Positions 1 through 8,998 of a stretch of 64,000 nt of DNA are shown one piece after another (within the stretch, counting starts at the first letter, position 1; every line of letters starts with the position of its first letter). The translations under genes and the position numbers were made by a program. The stretch comes from Candidatus Latescibacterota bacterium (GTDB lineage: Bacteria; Latescibacterota; UBA2968; GCA-2709665): the NCBI GenBank assembly GCA_965219995.1, contig CBDCOX010000002.1, positions 3,872,001 through 3,936,000 on the forward strand. Reading direction: 5' to 3'. The notes below the pieces were generated by a model that saw only the letters and a program-made list of their open reading frames with translations, had not been told where the DNA came from and ran no database searches.

Positions 1-1
1 T

Positions 2-2203
2 CCTGACAACCAGTATCTGTTTCTCGACGGCCTGTCCAACGGCGGTCACAAGCATTACGACGGCAACTCGATCTGCCGCCTGACCCAGAACAACCGCATC
101 TGGCTGGCCGACTGCGATTATATCAAATCGCTGCCCAAATTCCACAACGGGGTCCTCATCTTCAAGGAAGGACAATCAGCCGAAATCCCCCCTTTCGTGG
201 AACTCGAACGATTTTCCGCCAACCGGGATACCGGGTTCTCCCAGACGACCCTCCGGTCCTACAGCGGCGTGGACTGGCGCCGGAACATCCTTTGGAACCG
301 AGGGGCCTTTTTCCTCGTCGTCGACGAGATGGAGGCGCTGAGCGAGGCCGACTACAGCTTCCGCGCGGTGTGGCAGACGCTGGGCGACGTACACCTCCGC
401 AAGGGCGGCCTGGCGATGGAGCAGAACGGCGAGCGATTCTTCATCCACGGCCTGCCGGGACCGCGGCTCAGGCTGGAGGATGACGCGGTTACAGGTAAAA
501 ACTGGGACCGATACGAACACGCCGAACCGATCGTGCGCATCCTCCAGCAGATCGCCGACGTACGACTCGAGAAAGGGGAAACCTACCGGTTCTTCAACCT
601 GCTCTATTGCAGCCCTTTGAAGCTCGCTATGACGCAAGTCGCCGCGAACGCCGTGCGCATCGACGGGGGTCCGGAAACCGTTTTCGCGGGCGTCGGGAAT
701 GCCCGTGTTGCGGCGGCGCTGCCGTCCGGCCCCGCCGTCGCGGCGGCTCAGTTTCAGATATCTCCCCGTTCATTCTCCATTGTCGACGGCACGGAAGTCT
801 CGTGGGAAGATACCGCGTTCAAGAGCGATCGCCCGGTGAGTCTCGAATACGATCTGTCGGCTGCACAGGGCAGGCTTGCCACCTCCGGGCCGACGACGAT
901 CACGCTGTCCGCGGGAAGCGGGACGCAGGTGGAACTGGACGGCGAGCCGATCGCCGCCGCCGACTCGAACGGCGCCGTCACGTTCCGCGCGCCGGAGGGT
1001 AAGCGCCGGTTCGCGTTGATTCCACCGGCCCTCGCGGGAATCCGCCGCGCCGCGGTAACGTCTGATGCGACCGAATTTACGCCACGCGTTCGAACGACCC
1101 GCAGGAAACGCCGGGTTCCCGACCTCTGGACGGTCTGGTCGCACCGGGCGGACGGTGCATTCCTTTCCCTGCAAGCCGCGGACCTGGACGGCGATGGCGA
1201 AGATGAAGCCATCGCGGGCGGACGTTCGCAGTCCATCCATGCGTATAAGGACGGTGGCGAACTCTGGCGTTTTCCCACCGGAGGCGCGGTGCGTTCCGTC
1301 TGTGCGGCGGACCTGGAGAACGACGGCCGGCCCGAAATCATCGCCGGTTCGGAAGACGCCAGGGTGTACGTCCTCGACGCGACCGGAACGTTGAGGTGGA
1401 GCTACGAGATTCCATTCTACTTCCAGGACCCGGTCGTGCGCTCCGTTTTCACCGGCGACATCACGGGCGACGGCAATCTCGAGGTCATCGCCGCCGTGGA
1501 ATCCTGGAGATATCACGCCCTCACCCACCACGGCGAGGAACTCTGGCGCCAGATGACCGTTCGCCCGTCGTCCACCGGCTGCGCCGCGGACCTGGACGGT
1601 GACGGACGCGACGAGGTGATCGCCGGGACCGACTACCACCGGTGGCACTGCATCGACGGCAACGGTGAGATCCGGTGGTCCTACCATCCGGCCACGGGCC
1701 CGCGCGCAAACAGCGCGGCCGCCGGGGACGTCGACGGCGACGGGCTGAAGGAAGTCGCATTCGCGGGCGCGGACACGCACATCCACCTCCTCAAAGCCGA
1801 TGGCACGCTCATCTCGCAATTCAACACCGGCGATGAAGTCACCCGCGTGGCGATGGTCGATATGGATGGCGACGGGCTGGACGAAATCGTGGCCTCGTCC
1901 ATGAGTTTCAACGTCTACGTCGTCAAAGGCGACGGCAAGACCCTCCACTGGCGCACCGATCTCGGTGAAGTCGTCAATTGCATCGCCGCGGCCGATTTCA
2001 ACGGGGACGGAAAACCCGAAATTGCGGCGGGTGTCGCGGACGGAACGGTGTACCTCCTCGGCAATGCGGATGGACGTCCGGTGGGCCGGTATAAAACGGG
2101 CGGACCGATTCTGGATATCGTCGCCGCGGACGTCAACGGAGACGGCATTCCCGAAATCGCCGCATGTTCAGAGGACGGATTCCTGCACGTATTCAAGGCG
2201 TAA
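2..2203 (+). CDS. 5'-truncated large protein: heparinase II/III-like region followed by FG-GAP/PQQ-like beta-propeller repeats
   Basis: Frame is open from base 2 (PDNQYLFLDGLSNGGHKHYDGNSI, a GHxHxD-type motif). The C-terminal half has many DxDGDGxxEI FG-GAP repeats. Confidence 0.8.
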   Translation, partial: PDNQYLFLDGLSNGGHKHYDGNSICRLTQNNRIWLADCDYIKSLPKFHNGVLIFKEGQSAEIPPFVELERFSANRDTGFSQTTLRSYSGVDWRRNILWNRGAFFLVVDEMEALSEADYSFRAVWQTLGDVHLRKGGLAMEQNGERFFIHGLPGPRLRLEDDAVTGKNWDRYEHAEPIVRILQQIADVRLEKGETYRFFNLLYCSPLKLAMTQVAANAVRIDGGPETVFAGVGNARVAAALPSGPAVAAAQFQISPRSFSIVDGTEVSWEDTAFKSDRPVSLEYDLSAAQGRLATSGPTTITLSAGSGTQVELDGEPIAAADSNGAVTFRAPEGKRRFALIPPALAGIRRAAVTSDATEFTPRVRTTRRKRRVPDLWTVWSHRADGAFLSLQAADLDGDGEDEAIAGGRSQSIHAYKDGGELWRFPTGGAVRSVCAADLENDGRPEIIAGSEDARVYVLDATGTLRWSYEIPFYFQDPVVRSVFTGDITGDGNLEVIAAVESWRYHALTHHGEELWRQMTVRPSSTGCAADLDGDGRDEVIAGTDYHRWHCIDGNGEIRWSYHPATGPRANSAAAGDVDGDGLKEVAFAGADTHIHLLKADGTLISQFNTGDEVTRVAMVDMDGDGLDEIVASSMSFNVYVVKGDGKTLHWRTDLGEVVNCIAAADFNGDGKPEIAAGVADGTVYLLGNADGRPVGRYKTGGPILDIVAADVNGDGIPEIAACSEDGFLHVFKA

Positions 2204-2213
2204 CGGAACCTGT

Positions 2214-2247
2214 CGATCGACGCTCGCGGCAACTTGCGCGTCGATCG
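2214..2247. terminator. Hairpin after stop codon, possible terminator
   Basis: CGATCGACGC (2214-2223) and GCGTCGATCG (2238-2247) form a perfect 10-bp inverted repeat. No U-tract. Confidence 0.35.
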
Positions 2248-2539
2248 CCGTGCAGCTCTGAATTCACCTCACGTCGGCTCAATCCTCGCTGAGGATGCCC
2301 CGGACCATTTCCTCCAGATGGTCCGTCCTCCCGAGATAATTCCCACCACCGCGGTCCGAGCGACGTCATTCTGCCCAAACCGCCCACAGCAGGCCGGTCA
2401 AGTTCCCTCTTGCGCCGGATGCCGCCCGGCGTGGATATTACAGGACCCATGAAGGTCTGAAAAGCGCAAACCGTCGGCCCTTCACCCGGAGCCGAACTCG
2501 CGATTCCCAGCCGCAAACTCACGACTAAAGGAAATCACC

Positions 2540-3754
2540 ATGAAAATCACCGACATTGAGATCATCCCGATCTACCCGAAGATCGCCGCGCGGAATGCCG
2601 ATCAGAAGACCCGCTTCATCAACCTGAACCATCGGACCATTTTCAAGATCACAACGGACACCGGAATCGTCGGGTACGGCGACGCGCGCTGCGCGGCCCC
2701 CGACAGGTCCACCGTCGAGCACGTCGTGGGGCACGATCCCTTCGACTACCTCAACGCCAATCTGAATTCCGGCCTGATGGGTGCGCTGTACGACGCCATG
2801 GGCAAGCATCTCGAGATACCCGCGTACAAACTCATGGGCCAAAAGATCCGCGACCGGGTGCCCGTGGCGGCGTGGACCCGCCCCGCGTCGCCGGAAGACC
2901 TGGCAAAGGACGTGGTGCGGGCCGTCGACCAGGGATATATGATCTTCAAAATCCATACCTGCGCCTATTACGACGTTTTCGAACAGACACGGGCCGTGGA
3001 AGAGGTGGCGCCGGCGGGATTCAAGATGCACTATGACTTCAATCACAACCGGCCGCTTGCCGCCGTCCTGCGAATCCTGAAAGAGCTGGAAGGCTCACCC
3101 GTGGTGGGGATGATCGAGGACCCCCTCGTTCTGTCCGACGTGGAAGGGTGGCGCCTGCTGCGGCAGAAGACCAGCTTTCCCCTTCTCATGCATGTCCCGC
3201 AACTTGGCGGCGGGCAGGAGATAATCCGGGGTTGCGCGGACGCCTACATGATCGGCGAAGGCGGGATCGGTCCCACCCTCGTGCGCGGTTTTGCGGCCGG
3301 CCTGGCCAACCTGTCCTCGGTGATCCAGCTCACGGGCGGCACGCTGACCAAGGCGATGGCCCTGCATATGGGCGCAGTGATTCCGAACGTGGCCCATTGC
3401 ACGAACCTGGACGATCAGTACGACGAAGACGTTGTCAAACAGCGGATCGAGGTTGCGGCCGGTTCGTCTCCGATCCCCGAGGGCCCCGGCCTCGGTATCG
3501 AGGTCGACGAAGAGGCCCTGGCCGCGTGCGCGGCCAACAAACCCACCGTGATCCCGACCACAATCGGCATCCTGCACCTGCCCGGCGGGAACAGGCTCTA
3601 CACGAAAGGGTTCCCGAACGTGCCCCGTGTTACGGGCTTTCCCGAAGGAAATACCCGGGGCATCCGGCTGGAGGTGTGGGAGGAGGACGGTACGGACGCG
3701 TTTCGGGAGACACTGCAACGCATCGAAAAGAGCGGTCCGTTTATGGAGAAATAG
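2540..3754 (+). CDS. Mandelate racemase/muconate lactonizing (enolase superfamily) enzyme
   Basis: MKITDIEII start, ALYDAMGK..P.YKLMG, FKIH, DFN/EDP metal ligands, PGLGIEVD. AAAGGA RBS. Confidence 0.9.
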   Translation: MKITDIEIIPIYPKIAARNADQKTRFINLNHRTIFKITTDTGIVGYGDARCAAPDRSTVEHVVGHDPFDYLNANLNSGLMGALYDAMGKHLEIPAYKLMGQKIRDRVPVAAWTRPASPEDLAKDVVRAVDQGYMIFKIHTCAYYDVFEQTRAVEEVAPAGFKMHYDFNHNRPLAAVLRILKELEGSPVVGMIEDPLVLSDVEGWRLLRQKTSFPLLMHVPQLGGGQEIIRGCADAYMIGEGGIGPTLVRGFAAGLANLSSVIQLTGGTLTKAMALHMGAVIPNVAHCTNLDDQYDEDVVKQRIEVAAGSSPIPEGPGLGIEVDEEALAACAANKPTVIPTTIGILHLPGGNRLYTKGFPNVPRVTGFPEGNTRGIRLEVWEEDGTDAFRETLQRIEKSGPFMEK

Positions 3755-3838
3755 ACGTTCAGTTCGCCCCGGTGCCCGGAGACATCGACCTTCCGTGTGA
3801 TTGAACGCCCGGGCAGAATCGTTCGAACAGGAGTCGCC

Positions 3839-6553
3839 ATGCCGCTTCTCAACGTAGAGAACGCACGTGAAAACCTGCGCCGGCATTCCTGGGCTCAGGC
3901 CATCGTCGAAGGCTGGAAGAAAGAGGTCGCCTACCTCATCCGCCAGGACCGGGAATTCGTGGATGCGATGGTGTCCGAGCTCACCCCGTGGCCCGAGTAC
4001 GGCCAGAACTGCCCGGTCTGCGTGAACCGCCTGTCTTCCATGGGAGAAACCGGAATTTATGACTGGGACCCGACCGATCCGGACCGGCTGGTCTGCAGAT
4101 ACTGCAAAACCGAGTACCCCAACGAAGACTATCCCGAGACCGGCAGCGTGACCGCTCCCGGAATGAACCAGACCTTCACCTTCTACCTCACCGATGCGGA
4201 GCGCGCACACCCGGAAGACCGGTCTGGCGAACACGCCTTCAAATGGGTCCGGACGCCCGTACATACAAGCTGGACCGGCGTTATGCGTTCAAAGAAATGC
4301 CGCTGGTGCTGGGAACAGATGCTTCCTCTCGCCAAATTGTACGCCCTCACCGGGGACGTGCGGTACGCCCGGTGGAGCGCATGGATCATGGATTGTATGG
4401 CGCGGCGGTATCCCAACTGGCTGTTCCATTCCTACGACGGCACCGTTGCGGACTGCCCGCCGGCGGAGGCCGCGGTATCCATGGGTCGTTTTCCTCCCGC
4501 CGGCCGGTTTCCCCCGGAAACAATCATCTCCGCGTTCGAAGGCCGGCACCGGGTGGGCGATCACGCGGTACTCAACAACGGCTTCTGGGGCGCCGGACGC
4601 GTCGGGTGCAGTGGGTCCGACGGCTGGTACATTCTCGACGTCGCGATGGCCTACGACCTGATTCGGAGCGCCCGCGATGCGGACGGTGCGCCCGTCATGA
4701 CGCCGGAAATGGACCGGCGGATCGTGGACGACCTGATCCTGGCAGGTTGCGCGGACACCGAAAACTGGAACGACATCAACAACAAATGCGGCCCTGGGAG
4801 GGCGCTCAGCGCCGCGGTGGGCATTCTGTTCGGGAAACCGGAGAGTGTCCGCCGCGCCATCGAGGGTTTTGAAGCCCTCATGGACGACGCCTTCCACTTC
4901 GACGGCTTCTGTACGGAGTCGCCGAGTTATTCCAGCATGCATCTCAATCAGTTGCGGAATATACCCGAACTGTTGAATGGATATTCCGACCCCGAAGGAT
5001 ACGTGCCGAAGTCAGGCTCCGTATTGAAGGACCTGGATCCGTTTCAACACTTCGACCGCTATCGTCTCGCCCTGGAGAGCATGGTCCGCATGCTGGACCC
5101 GAACCTGGAAGAGCCGGTCATCGGAGACTCCAGGGAAGGCAGTAGTGTCGACCCCATCTACGCCGAGGTTCTGGCCGCCCGTTACGGAAGCCGCTACGCC
5201 GGCCTGCTGGAGAAGTCTCAGGGGGCCCCGCTGTCCGAAAAAGGCACCGAATACGCCCTGTGGAACCGGGACCCGGATCTGAAAGCGGACGAGGACGCCC
5301 GTTTGCCGCACCGTACCGAATGGTTCCCGGGCTGGCACGTCGCTGTTTTGCGGGGGGGTAACCCCGGAGGCCATACGGCATTTTACCTTAACGGATATGC
5401 CTATGGGGGCCACCGCCACGCGGACACCCTCGGGATCATCTACGTCTCGAACGGGAAGGAAATGGCGGCGGACAGAGGCTATATCTGGGATGACCCCAGA
5501 AACGCGTGGACCGGCAGCACGCTCGCCCACAACATCGTCACCGTCGACGGTCAGAACCAGGCCAGAAACAACATGCCGTCCGTGCTGGAACTCTTCGGCT
5601 GTGGCGCGGGAATCGAAGTCGTCCAGGCATCCGCCGCGCCGTACCCGCAATGCGATCAATACAGGCGCACCTGCGTCCTGGTTCAGGTGCCGGGCGATCA
5701 GACCTACGCTGTCGATCTATTCCGGGTCGGCGGCGGCAGCCTCCACCAGTACGGCTTCCACAGCAACGGCCGCCTCACCGGCATTTCCGGCGCCGATCCG
5801 ATGCCGGTTGACGAACACATCGAGTGGCTGGATAACATTCGCGCCGACCGGCCCCGGGAGCCATTTACCGCAACCTGGGATAACCAGGGCGTGCGCCTCG
5901 ACCTCACCCTGCTCAACCCCATCCATCGTCTGCTACTCGTGGACGCGCCGGGCTGGCGTTCGGACCTGGGCGAGGAACTCAACGCCCCACCCGTCCAGCA
6001 GATCCTTGCGGAACGGAACGGCGATGAGGTCCGGAACAGCCGGTATTCGGCGGTGATTTCACCGTACGTCGACCGTTCGCCCGTCCTGTCGTCCCGCCTG
6101 CTGCTGGACGATCCGGACAGCGGCGCCATGGCGGTTGCCGTCCGCCGCGAGGGATGTACGGACTACATCCTCTCCGCGCCCGAGGGCGGCTCCCACGACG
6201 TCGGTCCGCTGTCGATCGTCGGACATTTCGCATTCGCGTCGGTGAATGACGGCGGCTCCCTGCTGCGCGCTTATCTGCTGCGCGGTACTGAACTCCGCTG
6301 CAACGGGCACGTGCTGACCCTCGACAAATCAGAGGTCTCTCTGGACGTCGCCCGCGTCACCGATTCCACCTACCACTTGCGAAACGCCGTGCCCGACCCC
6401 GATACCCTTCCAGGCGGCTATCTTCTGTGCGGCGATACCGGGTACGAAATCGAGGATGCCACCGAAGTGTCCATCACCGTCCGTGACTACCCCGCCACCG
6501 AATGCGACTCCGTCACGTTGCTGAAGGCCGCCGAGTACGTGAAAGACGACTGA
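3839..6553 (+). CDS. Heparinase II/III-family (alginate-lyase-like) protein with N-terminal CxxC...CxxC
   Basis: E-S-P-S-Y, GHRHADTLG and TLAHNIVTVDG motifs. Start placed at ATG 3839 after GGAG. Confidence 0.8.
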   Translation: MPLLNVENARENLRRHSWAQAIVEGWKKEVAYLIRQDREFVDAMVSELTPWPEYGQNCPVCVNRLSSMGETGIYDWDPTDPDRLVCRYCKTEYPNEDYPETGSVTAPGMNQTFTFYLTDAERAHPEDRSGEHAFKWVRTPVHTSWTGVMRSKKCRWCWEQMLPLAKLYALTGDVRYARWSAWIMDCMARRYPNWLFHSYDGTVADCPPAEAAVSMGRFPPAGRFPPETIISAFEGRHRVGDHAVLNNGFWGAGRVGCSGSDGWYILDVAMAYDLIRSARDADGAPVMTPEMDRRIVDDLILAGCADTENWNDINNKCGPGRALSAAVGILFGKPESVRRAIEGFEALMDDAFHFDGFCTESPSYSSMHLNQLRNIPELLNGYSDPEGYVPKSGSVLKDLDPFQHFDRYRLALESMVRMLDPNLEEPVIGDSREGSSVDPIYAEVLAARYGSRYAGLLEKSQGAPLSEKGTEYALWNRDPDLKADEDARLPHRTEWFPGWHVAVLRGGNPGGHTAFYLNGYAYGGHRHADTLGIIYVSNGKEMAADRGYIWDDPRNAWTGSTLAHNIVTVDGQNQARNNMPSVLELFGCGAGIEVVQASAAPYPQCDQYRRTCVLVQVPGDQTYAVDLFRVGGGSLHQYGFHSNGRLTGISGADPMPVDEHIEWLDNIRADRPREPFTATWDNQGVRLDLTLLNPIHRLLLVDAPGWRSDLGEELNAPPVQQILAERNGDEVRNSRYSAVISPYVDRSPVLSSRLLLDDPDSGAMAVAVRREGCTDYILSAPEGGSHDVGPLSIVGHFAFASVNDGGSLLRAYLLRGTELRCNGHVLTLDKSEVSLDVARVTDSTYHLRNAVPDPDTLPGGYLLCGDTGYEIEDATEVSITVRDYPATECDSVTLLKAAEYVKDD

Positions 6554-6584
6554 CGCCGGACCGCTCCCCCGGCCCCTCAACACC

Positions 6585-6770
6585 GGGGGAGACGTGAGAC
6601 GGGAGACGGGAGATGACATCAGTGCCCTATGGTCTTTCTTGTCGTTACCATTTCGGTAAAAAAACAGGCACGGTTAGCGTGAAAACACTGTGGTAACGTT
6701 ATCATCTACCGTCTACCCTCTACCGTCTCCCCGCTTTCTTCTACCGTCTAACCTCTACCATCTCCCCGCC
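6585..6770. repeat. Intergenic element with inverted heptamer-rich ends (GGGAGAC/GGTAGAC units)
   Basis: 6585-6620 GGGGGAGACGTGAGACGGGAGACGGGAGATGACATC faces 6698-6737, which is a near-exact reverse complement of 36413-36451. Confidence 0.75.
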
Positions 6771-6774
6771 TCTA

Positions 6775-7623
6775 TTACAGACTAACAAAACCTGACAGTG
6801 CCCGTTTCTGTCCGGCGGCGTCCAGAATCCTGCGAATGATCAGGCTCTCTTTTCGATCGATCGCGGGCTTCCCCGTCTCGAACAGGTCCAGCACGGCATT
6901 CGCGGTATTCAGAAAGATACGGCTGGAATCGACCTGGAAGTGACGTGTCGCATCGGCGGTGGTCACGGAAGCCGCATAGGGGGTACTCGATCCCGTATAG
7001 ACGTTCACGACGGCCGTGCGGCCGCCTGAGAAATCCAGCAACAACTGCGACTGTTTCCCGCCGCCCCTCCGCATCATCCGCCGCACATTCGGACCCATAC
7101 AGCTGACGGCCAGCTCAAGGGGATGGATCGCGTATTCGCCGAAGGACCTCCCGCCGCCCCAGGTGACCATGTGCCGGACCTCCCGGCGTCCGACCTCCTC
7201 CACGTAGTCCTGGACTTCGGTATAACGCAGCGCGGACGTGGTCTGCATGGGCACCCGATGCCTGTCCGCCAACGCGAAGATACGCCTGGCAGTTCTCAGG
7301 TCCGGCGCGAAGGTTTTGTCCACGTACGTCGGTTTTCCGAACGGAAAAACCTGCCGGCACAGTTCGAGGTGCGTCTCCGGCGTTGACGGCGCCAGCACCA
7401 CATAGGTGTCCACAGCCTCGTTCAACGCGGCCGCGTCGGGGAAGTACGGGACGCCGTTCGCCTCGGCCCACGTTCTTCCGGCTCTCGGACGCATCCCCGT
7501 ACATCCCGCCACGACAAATCCGCGATGCTTCAGTTCGTTACGGAGAAGCTTCAGGTACACGTTGGAATGAAAGTTCTCCAGATTGTCATCCACGAACCCG
7601 ATCCGCTTTTGTCCTTCCGTCAT
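6775..7623 (-). CDS. Gfo/Idh/MocA-like oxidoreductase
   Basis: RIGFVD, YVDKTFA, SALRY and YAIHPLE motifs. Start placed at ATG 7623 after GGAG. Confidence 0.8.
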   Translation of the reverse strand: MTEGQKRIGFVDDNLENFHSNVYLKLLRNELKHRGFVVAGCTGMRPRAGRTWAEANGVPYFPDAAALNEAVDTYVVLAPSTPETHLELCRQVFPFGKPTYVDKTFAPDLRTARRIFALADRHRVPMQTTSALRYTEVQDYVEEVGRREVRHMVTWGGGRSFGEYAIHPLELAVSCMGPNVRRMMRRGGGKQSQLLLDFSGGRTAVVNVYTGSSTPYAASVTTADATRHFQVDSSRIFLNTANAVLDLFETGKPAIDRKESLIIRRILDAAGQKRALSGFVSL

Positions 7624-7651
7624 TCGTCTGTTCTCCATTCCAAAATGCCTT

Positions 7652-8686
7652 CTAAGGCCACGCGGGCGCGGACGCCACCTGTACGATTCCGCCGTTTTCG
7701 ATAGACTCGTGCCAAGCGTCCAGCACGGCCGTTGCACGCCATCCGTCCAGCGCCGTCACGAAAGGCGCCCGATCCTCGATCACGGCGTCCACAAAGCTGT
7801 TCACGCACGACGGAAACGCGCCCACCCATTTGTCGAAGACTTTATAGTTCAGCAATGACCGCGGCCATTTGAACTTCTCCTCGGTACTCATCTCTATCGC
7901 TTCGGCCTTGCGGTCCAGACTTACGTGCCCCTTTTCGCCGATGACCTGCATGAAGGAGTCGGGCATCGACGGATGGGTATTGGGATAGATCCACGCCGAC
8001 TCGAACGTGGCGACGGACCCTCCGTCGAACTTGACGAGCCCCTGCAGCATGTCGTATGCATCGATGCCTCTGGCCGTGAGCACCTGTTTGATGCCATAGC
8101 CGTGGACCTCGACCGGACTCTGATCGAACCACCAGCAGATCAGGTCGATATCGTGCGCCGACAGAAACCAGGCGGGGGAGGACTGCGCCGACCACGGCAG
8201 CATCTCCGTAGGGACGGAGATGGGATTGTTCTTGCGCGCGTACGCCATCAGCGGTTTGCCGATTTCCCCTTCGCGAATCATATTCCACGTGGCATTGTAG
8301 GGCGCGAGCCACCGGTGGTTATACGAGACCTGGAGCTTCAGTCCGGTGCGTTTCACGGCATCCACGATTTCCGTGGCTTCGTCCAGATCGGTTGTCATCG
8401 GTTTTTCCACGTGCACGTGACAGCCGGCCTCCAGGCACGCGATGACGGGGTCGCGGTGGGCCCAGTCCGGCGTGGCGATGTAGACCATATCCAGGGATTC
8501 ATTCTCCAGCATCTCCCGGTAGTCCGCATGACCGGCGGAAACCGAATACTCGGCCTGCGCCTTGCGGAGCTTTTCTTCGTCGAGTGTGCAGAATGCCGTC
8601 AACTCGACGAGCGGATTCCGGTGCAGGACCTGCGTCACGCTGCTGCCCATAATGCCAAGCCCGATCACTCCCACGCGCTGCGCCAT
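7652..8686 (-). CDS. Gfo/Idh/MocA oxidoreductase
   Basis: GVIGLGIMG, ATPDWAH, EKPM and HDIDL motifs. Confidence 0.92.
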   Translation of the reverse strand: MAQRVGVIGLGIMGSSVTQVLHRNPLVELTAFCTLDEEKLRKAQAEYSVSAGHADYREMLENESLDMVYIATPDWAHRDPVIACLEAGCHVHVEKPMTTDLDEATEIVDAVKRTGLKLQVSYNHRWLAPYNATWNMIREGEIGKPLMAYARKNNPISVPTEMLPWSAQSSPAWFLSAHDIDLICWWFDQSPVEVHGYGIKQVLTARGIDAYDMLQGLVKFDGGSVATFESAWIYPNTHPSMPDSFMQVIGEKGHVSLDRKAEAIEMSTEEKFKWPRSLLNYKVFDKWVGAFPSCVNSFVDAVIEDRAPFVTALDGWRATAVLDAWHESIENGGIVQVASAPAWP

Positions 8687-8771
8687 CTGCTTCCCTCCTC
8701 AACTCAGTGTTTTATCGTGAATCACTCACGAAAATTCTCCGTTTTCTCGCGCTTTTTGGTCTTTTATCCTG

Positions 8772-8975
8772 TTCATCCTGTCTATCCATGTGAGTTCTGT
8801 TTTTGTGGATGATTCAGGTTGTAGCCTTTTTCGTGTGTTTCGTAGTTTCTGATGTTTGCTTTCTCGTGCTTTTGTCACGTTTTCTGATTTCATCCTGTTT
8901 ATCCATGTGAGTTCTGTTCTTGTGGATGATTCAGGTTGTAGTCTTTTTCGCGTGTTTCGTAGTTTCTGATGTTTG
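8772..8975. repeat. Tandem direct repeat: two ~87-bp copies with a 117-bp period
   Basis: 8772-8858 versus 8889-8975, four mismatches, all C/T. Each copy contains CATCCTG and TTCG(T/C)GTGTTTCGT motifs. Confidence 0.9.
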
Positions 8976-8998
8976 TTTCGATTTCCAAATGATCCGGG

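Noticed and set aside
8772-8975. Possible CRISPR array
   Set aside because: Only two long copies, no repeat-spacer periodicity and no cas genes.
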